In this document: positions 54,450 through 62,036 of the stretch, one piece after another
Layout of the letters: every line of letters begins with the position of its first letter
Numbering within the stretch: position 1 is the stretch's first letter
Origin: an uncultured Clostridia bacterium
GTDB taxonomy: Bacteria; Bacillota; Clostridia; Christensenellales; CAG-314
DNA length: 64,000 nt
Reading direction: 5' to 3'
NCBI GenBank assembly: GCA_947630425.1
Contig: CANRHN010000001.1
Coordinates: 26,567-90,566 of the forward strand
Made by a program: the position numbers and the translations under genes
The notes under the pieces: generated by a model
The model's input: only the letters and a program-made list of their open reading frames with translations
Told to the model about the DNA's origin: nothing
Database searches by the model: none

Positions 54450-54471
54450 TGTGCAGCTATTTGGCTGCACA
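54450..54471. promoter_or_regulatory. 8-bp palindrome abutting the -35 (candidate C-box operator)
   Basis: TGTGCAGC-N6-GCTGCACA, 4 nt upstream of the -35 of the C-gene promoter. Confidence 0.4.
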
Positions 54472-54513
54472 AAAAACAAAGATAATGCCGTTTATGGATA
54501 GAAAAGGTGAGGG

Positions 54514-54558
54514 GGTGAATTGTCAAACAAAGTGTTGAACTTAATTTGACAATTCACC
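54514..54558. repeat. Perfect 14-bp inverted repeat with a 17-nt loop
   Basis: GGTGAATTGTCAAA (54514-54527) pairs with TTTGACAATTCACC (54545-54558). Confidence 0.8.
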
Positions 54559-54586
54559 GTTTGTGGGAAGCGAGTTCGCGGGTTCG

Positions 54587-54659
54587 TTCAACCGAGGAGC
54601 GTAGCGACGAACGCCCTCAACCAAGCACGCATTGCGCCCGCCACGAAGCGTAGCAAAGT
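54587..54659 (+). repeat. 73-nt insert element, third copy
   Basis: About 90% identical to 35508-35580. It is preceded by GCGGGTTCG and followed by ACAACGCGCC rather than the tRNA-Arg 3' end. Confidence 0.8.
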
Positions 54660-54757
54660 ACAACGCGCCGCGCGTCAAGACAAGCACATGTCCCATTGTC
54701 ATTTTGATACAAATGTTATAATTATTGGTTAAAATTAAAATAAAAAAGGAGAAAAAT

Positions 54758-55666
54758 ATGAAGTATAAAGAATGGCTGGAAATCTGGCTGAACAACTATG
54801 TAAAAACAACATGCAAAGTGCGCACAAGCGATATCTACCGTTACAGGGTTGAGCATTGCATTGTGCCGTTTTTAGGCGAGTACGAGTTGCACGACCTAAC
54901 TTTGTCGATATTGCAACAGTTTGTAACGGATCTGTTAAATCCTAGTGAGGGCAAGCCACTCTCGGCGAACACGGTAAACGGTGTTATCTCCGTTGTGCAG
55001 AATTCGCTTAAAACTGCGTTTACGTTGGGATATGTTGAAGCGTATGACGCAAATAAAATCCGTCGTCCGAGAACCGTGGAAAAGAAGGTAGAGTGTTTCT
55101 CGGTCGCGGAGCAAAAGCAAATAGAGGCGTGCATAAAAAACAGTAACAAACTAAAACTCTATGGAATCATAATCTGCATGTACACGGGATTGCGTCTTGG
55201 AGAACTGCTTGCTTTGGAGTGGAAAAATGTGGATTTGAACGCTTGCCAACTGACGGTGGAAAAGACTTGTTACTATGTCAATGGACAGCGAATTTTGGAC
55301 GCGCCCAAAACGGCAAACTCTTTGCGCGCCATTCCTTTTCCAAAACAACTATTACCTCTGTTCAAGGAAATGTACAAGGCGCACAAAACTAAGTATGTAA
55401 TTGAAGCGAAAGGACGCCCTGTTTCGGTGCATTCATACCAACGCAGCTTTGAGTTGCTGCTCATCAAGCTCAAAATTCCGCACAAATGTTTCCACTCTTT
55501 GCGGCACACATTTGCCACCCGAGCGTTGGAATGCGGTATGGACGTAAAGACCCTTGCGGAATTGCTCGGACACTCCAACCCGACCGTAACGCTCAAACGC
55601 TATGCACACAGTATGTTGGAATACAAAATTCAGATGATGAACAAACTCGGCAGATTATTTGCATAA
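54758..55666 (+). CDS. Tyrosine recombinase (phage-integrase family)
   Basis: ATG at 54758 follows AAAGGAG. SAM-like N-domain. Catalytic pattern GLRLGELLAL (R), HSLRHTFAT (H-x-x-R) and LGHSNPTVTLKRYAH (H...Y). One TTGGTTAAAA motif lies at 54725-54734. Confidence 0.85.
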   Translation: MKYKEWLEIWLNNYVKTTCKVRTSDIYRYRVEHCIVPFLGEYELHDLTLSILQQFVTDLLNPSEGKPLSANTVNGVISVVQNSLKTAFTLGYVEAYDANKIRRPRTVEKKVECFSVAEQKQIEACIKNSNKLKLYGIIICMYTGLRLGELLALEWKNVDLNACQLTVEKTCYYVNGQRILDAPKTANSLRAIPFPKQLLPLFKEMYKAHKTKYVIEAKGRPVSVHSYQRSFELLLIKLKIPHKCFHSLRHTFATRALECGMDVKTLAELLGHSNPTVTLKRYAHSMLEYKIQMMNKLGRLFA

Positions 55667-55711
55667 AAAATGACGAAAACGCTCGAAAACGTATCGCCAA
55701 AAATGGGAATG

Positions 55712-55872
55712 TATTAGCATAATAGATACACAATACATAAAAAAGTATATATCATTTGCTTTGAAATGTAAATAGTTTCCGCTTTTCTTTTGATTTTTCC
55801 TGTCGAGTTTTGTGCCAACATACAACAATTCAAAAGCAAATTCCGAGTTTCTGTGTATCTATTATGCTAATA
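55712..55872. promoter_or_regulatory. 161-bp segment bounded by perfect 21-bp inverted repeats (candidate invertible promoter, or a MITE)
   Basis: TATTAGCATAATAGATACACA (55712-55732) is the exact reverse complement of 55852-55872. A TG-extended -10 (TGATATATA, minus strand, 55754-55746) lies inside the segment. Confidence 0.6.
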
Positions 55873-55952
55873 GGCACACAAAAAATCACCCAAAATTTGT
55901 GCATATGTTGTCTAATAAAACAAACATTTGTCACGCAAAAGGAGAACCAAAA

Positions 55953-58178
55953 ATGGCAATTTACAAATGCAAAATGTGCGGCGGAGATCTGGACGTCGCC
56001 GAAAACACGACCGTAGTGGTGTGCGACTACTGCGGCTCCAAGCAGACTGTCCCCACCGCCCGGGACGAAGAGTTGTCAAGCCTGTTTAACCGCGCAAATA
56101 CATTGCGCCGCAAGTGCGAATTTGACAAGGCAGAACAGCTGTACGAGAAGATCCTTGTCAAGGACGACAAACAGCCGGAGGCATATTGGGGCGTGTTGCT
56201 GTGCAGGTACGGCATCGAGTATGTTGAGGATCCCGCCTCGTCCAAACGCATTTCCACCTGCCACCGCACCGCGTTTGAGGCAATTACGTCCGACGAATAC
56301 TACAAGTCGGCATTGCAGTATGCCGACCCCGTGCAAAAGGCAATTTACGAGCAGGAAGCAAAGTACATCGACGGCGTGCAAAAGGATATACTTGCCCTTT
56401 CTCAGCAGGAAGACCCTTACGACGTGTTCATCTGCTACAAGGAAACAGACAACGGCAAGCGCACGCAGGATAGCGCAATCGCCAATGACATCTATTACCA
56501 ACTCACAAGCGAAGGTTTCAAGGTGTTCTATGCCGCTATCACATTGGAAAACAAACTCGGTTCCGCTTACGAACCGGTAATTTTTGCCGCGCTCAATTCG
56601 GCAAAAGTGATGTTGGCTATCGGTACCAAGCCGGAGTATTTCAGTGCCGTTTGGGTCAAGAACGAGTGGTCGCGCTATCTCAAAATGATGAAGAGCGACA
56701 AATCCAAACAACTCATACCCTGCTACCGCGATATGGATGCCTACGAACTGCCCGAGGAATTTGCACACTTGCAAGCGCAGGATATGAGCAAGATCGGCTT
56801 TATCAGCGATATTGTACGCGGTATCAAGAAGATTGTGCGCAAGGAAGAACCGAAAGTGGAAAGCCGCTCCTCTGAAAGCATTGGCGGCGGCAGCCTCAAA
56901 AATCTGCTCAAACGCGCCTACCTCGATCTCGAAAGTCGCAATTTCGATAGCGCAAGGACTCAATTCGACAAGATGCAAGATATCGACCCGGAAAACGGCG
57001 AAGTGTATTTAATTGGCCTGCTGTGCGATTTGCGGTTATCGCGTCCGGAAGATTTGGAAGAATGTTCGGCTCCGTTTACAAGCAACAACAATTGGCGCAA
57101 TTTGAACCGTTATGCCGACCCCGCATTGAAAGCGCGCATTGACAAGTTGTTGCAACTCAACGAAAATTGGAGAATGTACTGCTCTGCCACACAAAAATTC
57201 GATTTGTTGAGCGACGACAGAATATACGAAGATACAAAGAATCAGCTTGCCGCACTCGGCGATTACCGCGACAGCAAGGATTTGCTTGAATTTTTACCTG
57301 ATGTAAGGGATAAAGTTCTTGCAATGGATATAGAGAAAATTATCAAAGAGAACAATGATTATAACGAGTACGATGATTCTTACGCCACATTGCACGAAAG
57401 AGAATATAAAACGCTTTTGGCTGAAAAAAATGTGTACGAATCCGATTTGAGACTGCATGGAACAAGCAATTGGTGGAACGCCGAAAAAGAGACACGACTC
57501 TCCGAGTTACAAAAACTTATCGGAGAAGATGAAAACCAAAAAACCGAACATGAAAATTACAACCCATTTGAAAACTGCAAAAAAGCGAAACAACTGCTTG
57601 CAAAGATTTTGAATGATGAAATCCGCACAAAATGTGGAAAAATGCTAAAAGAATCAATTAAATTTGTTGCCCAAAAATGCAATGAAAAATGTTTATCAGA
57701 CGAAGAACAAATTGCAACGCTGCATGATGGCATTGAACAGGCAAAATTATTAGCAACCTATGACATTAAAAGGGTAGAGAAAAGTAGCAACTTAATTGTT
57801 TTAGGTGGCATTCTTCTGGGGGCATTGCTTTGGATTGCACTTCAAGTCAGTATTATAACTTTCAACGTGGCAGAGGGTGTTAGTGCGTGGATTTTTGTAA
57901 TCCTTGCACCCGCAGTGTTGCCCGGCATAATTATGATTTCTATTGGTAGAGCGAAATTAAAACAAGCATTGAAAGTTAAAATTTATTTTTTCAAAAGTCT
58001 AAAATTAGTGTCGGAATATAAAAAGCGATATTCTGAAATTCAGTCAAAGGCTATTGATATATCGGAAGGAACTGCCAAAATTACAACCATTGAAACTGAT
58101 ATTGAAAATCAAAAAAGCAATATCGCCACATGTGAGAATTTATTGAACGAATTAACGCAAGAATATTCCGATGAATAG
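55953..58178 (+). CDS. Zinc-ribbon / helical-repeat / TIR-domain protein with C-terminal TM helices (741 aa)
   Basis: ATG at 55953 follows AAAGGAGAA. Zinc ribbon CKMCGG..CDYCGS. TIR-like block YDVFICYKETD...FKVFYAA...VMLAIGT...WVKNEWSRYL. TM segment IVLGGILLGALLWIALQV / WIFVILAPAVLPGIIMISIG. Confidence 0.75.
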   Translation: MAIYKCKMCGGDLDVAENTTVVVCDYCGSKQTVPTARDEELSSLFNRANTLRRKCEFDKAEQLYEKILVKDDKQPEAYWGVLLCRYGIEYVEDPASSKRISTCHRTAFEAITSDEYYKSALQYADPVQKAIYEQEAKYIDGVQKDILALSQQEDPYDVFICYKETDNGKRTQDSAIANDIYYQLTSEGFKVFYAAITLENKLGSAYEPVIFAALNSAKVMLAIGTKPEYFSAVWVKNEWSRYLKMMKSDKSKQLIPCYRDMDAYELPEEFAHLQAQDMSKIGFISDIVRGIKKIVRKEEPKVESRSSESIGGGSLKNLLKRAYLDLESRNFDSARTQFDKMQDIDPENGEVYLIGLLCDLRLSRPEDLEECSAPFTSNNNWRNLNRYADPALKARIDKLLQLNENWRMYCSATQKFDLLSDDRIYEDTKNQLAALGDYRDSKDLLEFLPDVRDKVLAMDIEKIIKENNDYNEYDDSYATLHEREYKTLLAEKNVYESDLRLHGTSNWWNAEKETRLSELQKLIGEDENQKTEHENYNPFENCKKAKQLLAKILNDEIRTKCGKMLKESIKFVAQKCNEKCLSDEEQIATLHDGIEQAKLLATYDIKRVEKSSNLIVLGGILLGALLWIALQVSIITFNVAEGVSAWIFVILAPAVLPGIIMISIGRAKLKQALKVKIYFFKSLKLVSEYKKRYSEIQSKAIDISEGTAKITTIETDIENQKSNIATCENLLNELTQEYSDE

Positions 58179-58256
58179 TCGGGATATTGTTGACAAAAGG
58201 CAGACAAGTAAATTAAAAGGGTAATATAAAAACATGTTAATGTGGAGCTAACAATA

Positions 58257-59264
58257 ATGACAAATCTACCAAAGAGACCGCAGGTAATTTTGCTCGGCAA
58301 TGGGATAAATCGTGCATTCAACGGTGTGTCGTGGAATGATTTGTTGAACTCAATCGCAGATGAAAAATATAAAGACAAACAAATAGAGTGTCCCATGCCG
58401 CTTAAGGCAATTCTCGTAACGGGCGATAATATCGATAAAACGCTCAAAAACCATATCGAGCAAAATAGGCAGCAGGCATATGGCGCAATTGTACAAAAAG
58501 AACATGCCGCAATGCTCCAAAAAATTTTATCAATCGGTGCAGATCATATTCTTACCACCAATTACAGTTACGAATTGGAAATGGCGGCAAAAAACGTAAA
58601 AAGCGGGTTGTCGGACTATGCAATCGAGCAAATGATGGCACATACCGATGCCGTTTACAAGGCGGAAAGTAAATATCTGTTGAGCACATACAACCAAGTA
58701 CAATACGAAAAAACACCCAATTGTATTTGGCATATACACGGCGAATCTCGCAAGCCGAGCAGTATTGTGTTGGGGCATTACAATTACGGAAAACTTGTAC
58801 ATAGATACATTGAAACTCTTAACAAACTTGCCAAAACCGAAAATCGATATAAAAATTACGAAGGACAATATAAAGAATGGAAATTTCGAAGTTGGGTTGA
58901 CGCATTTATTTTGGGCGATGTGTATGTGCTTGGATACAAATTGGATTTGTCTGAATTTGACTTGTGGTGGCTCATCAATCGCAAAAAAAGAGAAAAAGCA
59001 GAACATGGTGATATATATTTTTACGAGCCGGCAGTGGAGAACGCGGAAAATGCGGATTCGGAAAACATTGACGCACGTTTGGAACTTATACGAGTTTTCG
59101 CAAAAGAAGTCAAGGATATGAGCGTGACGATTCCGAGAAAGAGCAAAAATGATGACCAATCTGCTTCCAATATCAAATATTACGAATTTTATAAAAAGGC
59201 AATTAACGACATAGCGAACAAAATAAGTGAAATAAAAAATAAGGAGAAAAAGACAAATGTCTAA
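58257..59264 (+). CDS. SIR2-like (SIR2_2-type) protein, 335 aa
   Basis: Motifs VILLGNGINRAF, ILTTNYSYELE, IWHIHGES and VYVLGYKLDLSEFDLWW. GGAG lies 9 nt before the ATG at 58257 (GTG at 58242 is also possible). I recognise no SLOG-like C-terminal domain. Confidence 0.7.
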   Translation: MTNLPKRPQVILLGNGINRAFNGVSWNDLLNSIADEKYKDKQIECPMPLKAILVTGDNIDKTLKNHIEQNRQQAYGAIVQKEHAAMLQKILSIGADHILTTNYSYELEMAAKNVKSGLSDYAIEQMMAHTDAVYKAESKYLLSTYNQVQYEKTPNCIWHIHGESRKPSSIVLGHYNYGKLVHRYIETLNKLAKTENRYKNYEGQYKEWKFRSWVDAFILGDVYVLGYKLDLSEFDLWWLINRKKREKAEHGDIYFYEPAVENAENADSENIDARLELIRVFAKEVKDMSVTIPRKSKNDDQSASNIKYYEFYKKAINDIANKISEIKNKEKKTNV

Positions 59265-61029
59265 ATTTGTAATCGAATGTCCCAAATGCGGCAATTATGC
59301 CGAGGGTAAAACGGGATTTTTTGCAAAAAAGAAAATCGAGTGTTCCTGCGGGCACGTCATTGACGTGCGAACGGAAAAATTGACTTCTCGCGTGTGTCCG
59401 CATTGTGGCAACACGGTTATTTTCGATCAAACCAAGGGCGAGGACGCGCTTTGTCCTGTGTGCCACGAGCATATCAACACGCGCGAGAGTATGAAGGCGC
59501 TTGTCAAATTTACCTGCCCCTCTTGCAGCTGCACGTTGACCGCGGACAAGTCGGCGGACAAGTATGTCTGCCCGCTGTGCGATACGGAGATCGACGTGCA
59601 AAAGCGTATCAGGCAGGAAGAAGTAAAGAACCAAGGAATGGCAAGCGTAATAAAATACGAGGGCGGCAACGACGTATTTGTGTGGAAGCACCCAATCGAA
59701 GATTTCAATTTGGGCTCGCAGTTGATAGTACACGAGTCGCAGGAGGCAATATTCTTCCGCGACGGCAAGGCGTTGGATCTGTTCGGCGCAGGTCGCTACA
59801 CGCTTGCAACGCAAAATTTGCCGTTGTTGGAGAACTTGTACAAGTTGCCCGTTTCGCCCGAGGCGGTGTTCCATTCCGAGGTGTACTTTGTCAACCTCAC
59901 CACGCAAATGGGCGTCAAGTGGGGCACGGACAGCAAGGTGCGCATGTTCGATCCCGCGTCCGGCTTGCATATCGACTTGGGCGCATGCGGCAATTTTAAC
60001 ATGCGTGTGATCGACTCGCGAAGATTGCTTTTGAAACTTGTCGGAACGACAAGTAGTTTCACTCGCGACGACGTGACGGGTAACGACAAGTACGGCGTAA
60101 CCCATGTTGTTGGGCAATTCAAGGCGCTTATTATGAACAAAGTAAAAGCCAACCTCGCCCGCGCCATCAGAGAAACAGGCATCAACATTTTGGAAATAGA
60201 CGAGTATCTCGACATTCTTTCCGACAAATTGAGAGTTATCATCAACCAAACCTTGGAAGAATACGGACTTACCATGTCGGAGTTCTACATAACAAACATA
60301 CTCACTCCGGATGACGACCCCAACTTCAAACGGCTCAAACAGCAATTCGCCGACAAAACGTTGCTTGTACGTCAAGAACAAATACGCAAGGCAGAGGCGG
60401 AAGCCGCGCAGGAACGCAAAATTGTCGAGGCGCAAACCGACGCAAAACTCAAAATGGTAGATGCGCAAGGCGAAGCGGAGGCGTTGAAAATCAAAGCGCA
60501 AGCAGAGGCGGAGGCCTACCGCGCCAAAGCGTTTGCCGAGGCGGACGAGATGAAAGCCAAAGGTTACACCTACCAACAGGAAACCGCACGGCAGGTGGGC
60601 ACGGAAGCAATGAAAAACGGACTTACGGGTAACGGCGGCGCAGGTGGCGCAATGGGCGATTTGGCGGCGTTGGGCATATCGCTTGGAGCAATGGGCAGCG
60701 TGATAGGCATGACCAAGGACGCGCTCAACCCCAATTTGAACGAAACCGCCCGGGTTGCTCAAACTATGCTTTCGCAAGACGCTTGGGATTGCGCAGCGTG
60801 CGGTAAAAAGGGTATAACCACCAAGTTTTGCCCGGAGTGCGGCGCAAAAAAACCGGAAACAGCAACTTGGGACTGCCCCAATTGCGGCGCAAAGCACATT
60901 GCGTCCAAGTTTTGCCCCGAATGTGGCACGCAAAAGTCCGACGGACCGATTGCTTGGGATTGCCCCGTGTGCGGCACAAAAGGAATAACATCCAAATTTT
61001 GCCCCGAATGTGGTGCAAAAAAGGAGTGA
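59257..61029 (+). CDS. SPFH/Band-7 (YdjI/COG4260-like) protein flanked by multiple zinc ribbons
   Basis: Overlaps the SIR2 gene by 8 nt. There are four N-terminal CxxC pairs. The core VIKYEGGNDVFVWKHP...QEAIFFRDGK matches the YdjI-type SPFH family. An Ala/Glu coiled coil follows, then three tandem C-terminal WDC..CG...KFCPECG ribbons. Confidence 0.75.
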   Translation: MSKFVIECPKCGNYAEGKTGFFAKKKIECSCGHVIDVRTEKLTSRVCPHCGNTVIFDQTKGEDALCPVCHEHINTRESMKALVKFTCPSCSCTLTADKSADKYVCPLCDTEIDVQKRIRQEEVKNQGMASVIKYEGGNDVFVWKHPIEDFNLGSQLIVHESQEAIFFRDGKALDLFGAGRYTLATQNLPLLENLYKLPVSPEAVFHSEVYFVNLTTQMGVKWGTDSKVRMFDPASGLHIDLGACGNFNMRVIDSRRLLLKLVGTTSSFTRDDVTGNDKYGVTHVVGQFKALIMNKVKANLARAIRETGINILEIDEYLDILSDKLRVIINQTLEEYGLTMSEFYITNILTPDDDPNFKRLKQQFADKTLLVRQEQIRKAEAEAAQERKIVEAQTDAKLKMVDAQGEAEALKIKAQAEAEAYRAKAFAEADEMKAKGYTYQQETARQVGTEAMKNGLTGNGGAGGAMGDLAALGISLGAMGSVIGMTKDALNPNLNETARVAQTMLSQDAWDCAACGKKGITTKFCPECGAKKPETATWDCPNCGAKHIASKFCPECGTQKSDGPIAWDCPVCGTKGITSKFCPECGAKKE

Positions 61030-61037
61030 GGTGAACC

Positions 61038-61730
61038 ATGAAAAAGAGTGTTTTGTACACGATTATTGCCTTTGCGGCGGTGCTTGTCGTTTACTGTGTG
61101 GCGTTTCTCGTCATTCCGTTTCCCAAATTGGCGGCGTCTTGGGTAGAATTCGGTTTTACGGTGCTTGCAATATGTTTGAGCGGAGCGGTGTTTGCCTATG
61201 CTTTCCGCAGGAGTGTCAAGAGCAAGCTGTACGGATTTCCGCTATTCAAAGTGGCGTTGATTTATGTTGCCGTGCAATTTGCGGCAGGTGTGGTGATTTG
61301 CGTCGTTGCCGCGTTTGTCAACGTTCCCGTTTGGGTATCGATAGTTGTGTCCGTGCCTCTTCTCGCCTTTGGAACGTTGGGCTTTGTTGCAACGGACAGC
61401 GCCAAGAGCGTTGTTGAACAAATAGACGCGGCAACGCAAAGCAGCACACACACCATTGAAAAACTTCAGACGGAAGTTGCAACCATCATCGACAATTGTG
61501 CCGACGCAAACGCACGCGAGGGCATGGAAAAGTTGGCGGAACTTTTGAGGTACAGCGACCCCGTGTCCTGCCCCGAAACTTTGGAATTGGAAAACGACCT
61601 TGTCGCCAAGACGGCGCAACTTCGCGACAGGGTAAAGGAAAATAATTTTGTCGAGGCAACTGCCCTCACGAATGAAATCAAGACAAACTTGGCAGAACGT
61701 AATCGCCTGTGCAAGTTTTACAAAAAATAA
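61038..61730 (+). CDS. Hypothetical four-TM protein with a helical cytoplasmic tail
   Basis: ATG follows AAGGAGTGAGG, 8 nt after the SPFH stop. Confidence 0.55.
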   Translation: MKKSVLYTIIAFAAVLVVYCVAFLVIPFPKLAASWVEFGFTVLAICLSGAVFAYAFRRSVKSKLYGFPLFKVALIYVAVQFAAGVVICVVAAFVNVPVWVSIVVSVPLLAFGTLGFVATDSAKSVVEQIDAATQSSTHTIEKLQTEVATIIDNCADANAREGMEKLAELLRYSDPVSCPETLELENDLVAKTAQLRDRVKENNFVEATALTNEIKTNLAERNRLCKFYKK

Positions 61731-61842
61731 CGCACAAGTGCTTTAATAGTTTATTATTTGAAAAATATCAACCCCCAAACCAATCATTGGCGTAAAACAA
61801 TACGAGCCCAACGTTTTCTGTCGGGTTCGTATTATTCTGCTT

Positions 61843-61863
61843 TGGCGGAAGAGATGGGATTCG
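61843..61863 (-). repeat. Duplicate of the tRNA-Ser 3' 21-mer
   Basis: TGGCGGAAGAGATGGGATTCG is identical to 62037-62057 (complement of T-loop to CCA). Confidence 0.85.
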
Positions 61864-62036
61864 TCCCGAGCACAGCGAGGGTGAGTGAAGCAACTTTGCA
61901 AAAGTTGCGAAACGCTACATTATTTCGATTTCCCATCTCGGAAGCGCCAAGCAGGCGAAGCCAAAGGAGCGCAGAAAAAAGGGACAACGCAATGCGTGTC
62001 CCATTTTCGGCGTGACTCAATGCGAGCCTGCGCCCG
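61864..62036 (-). repeat. tRNA-trailer unit next to tRNA-Ser
   Basis: Read in tRNA orientation: CGGGCGCAGG..., an A-run, hairpin GGGACA..TGTCCC, a T-run, and ...CGAAATAATGTAGCG. The last motif is the same as at 19290-19305. Confidence 0.7.

Noticed and set aside
54450-54471. The hairpin as a simple terminator rather than a C-box.
   Set aside because: This is not fully rejected. On the minus strand it is followed by ACGGTTGCTTTTTCTTTT, which could terminate read-through. However, no minus-strand gene lies upstream and the position abutting the -35 favours an operator. Both readings are kept in the finding.
55953-59264. Calling the TIR and SIR2 genes a canonical type I Thoeris system.
   Set aside because: The SIR2 protein is only 335 aa with no recognisable SLOG sensor. 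The TIR protein is 741 aa and membrane-anchored. I keep it as Thoeris-like and unclassified.
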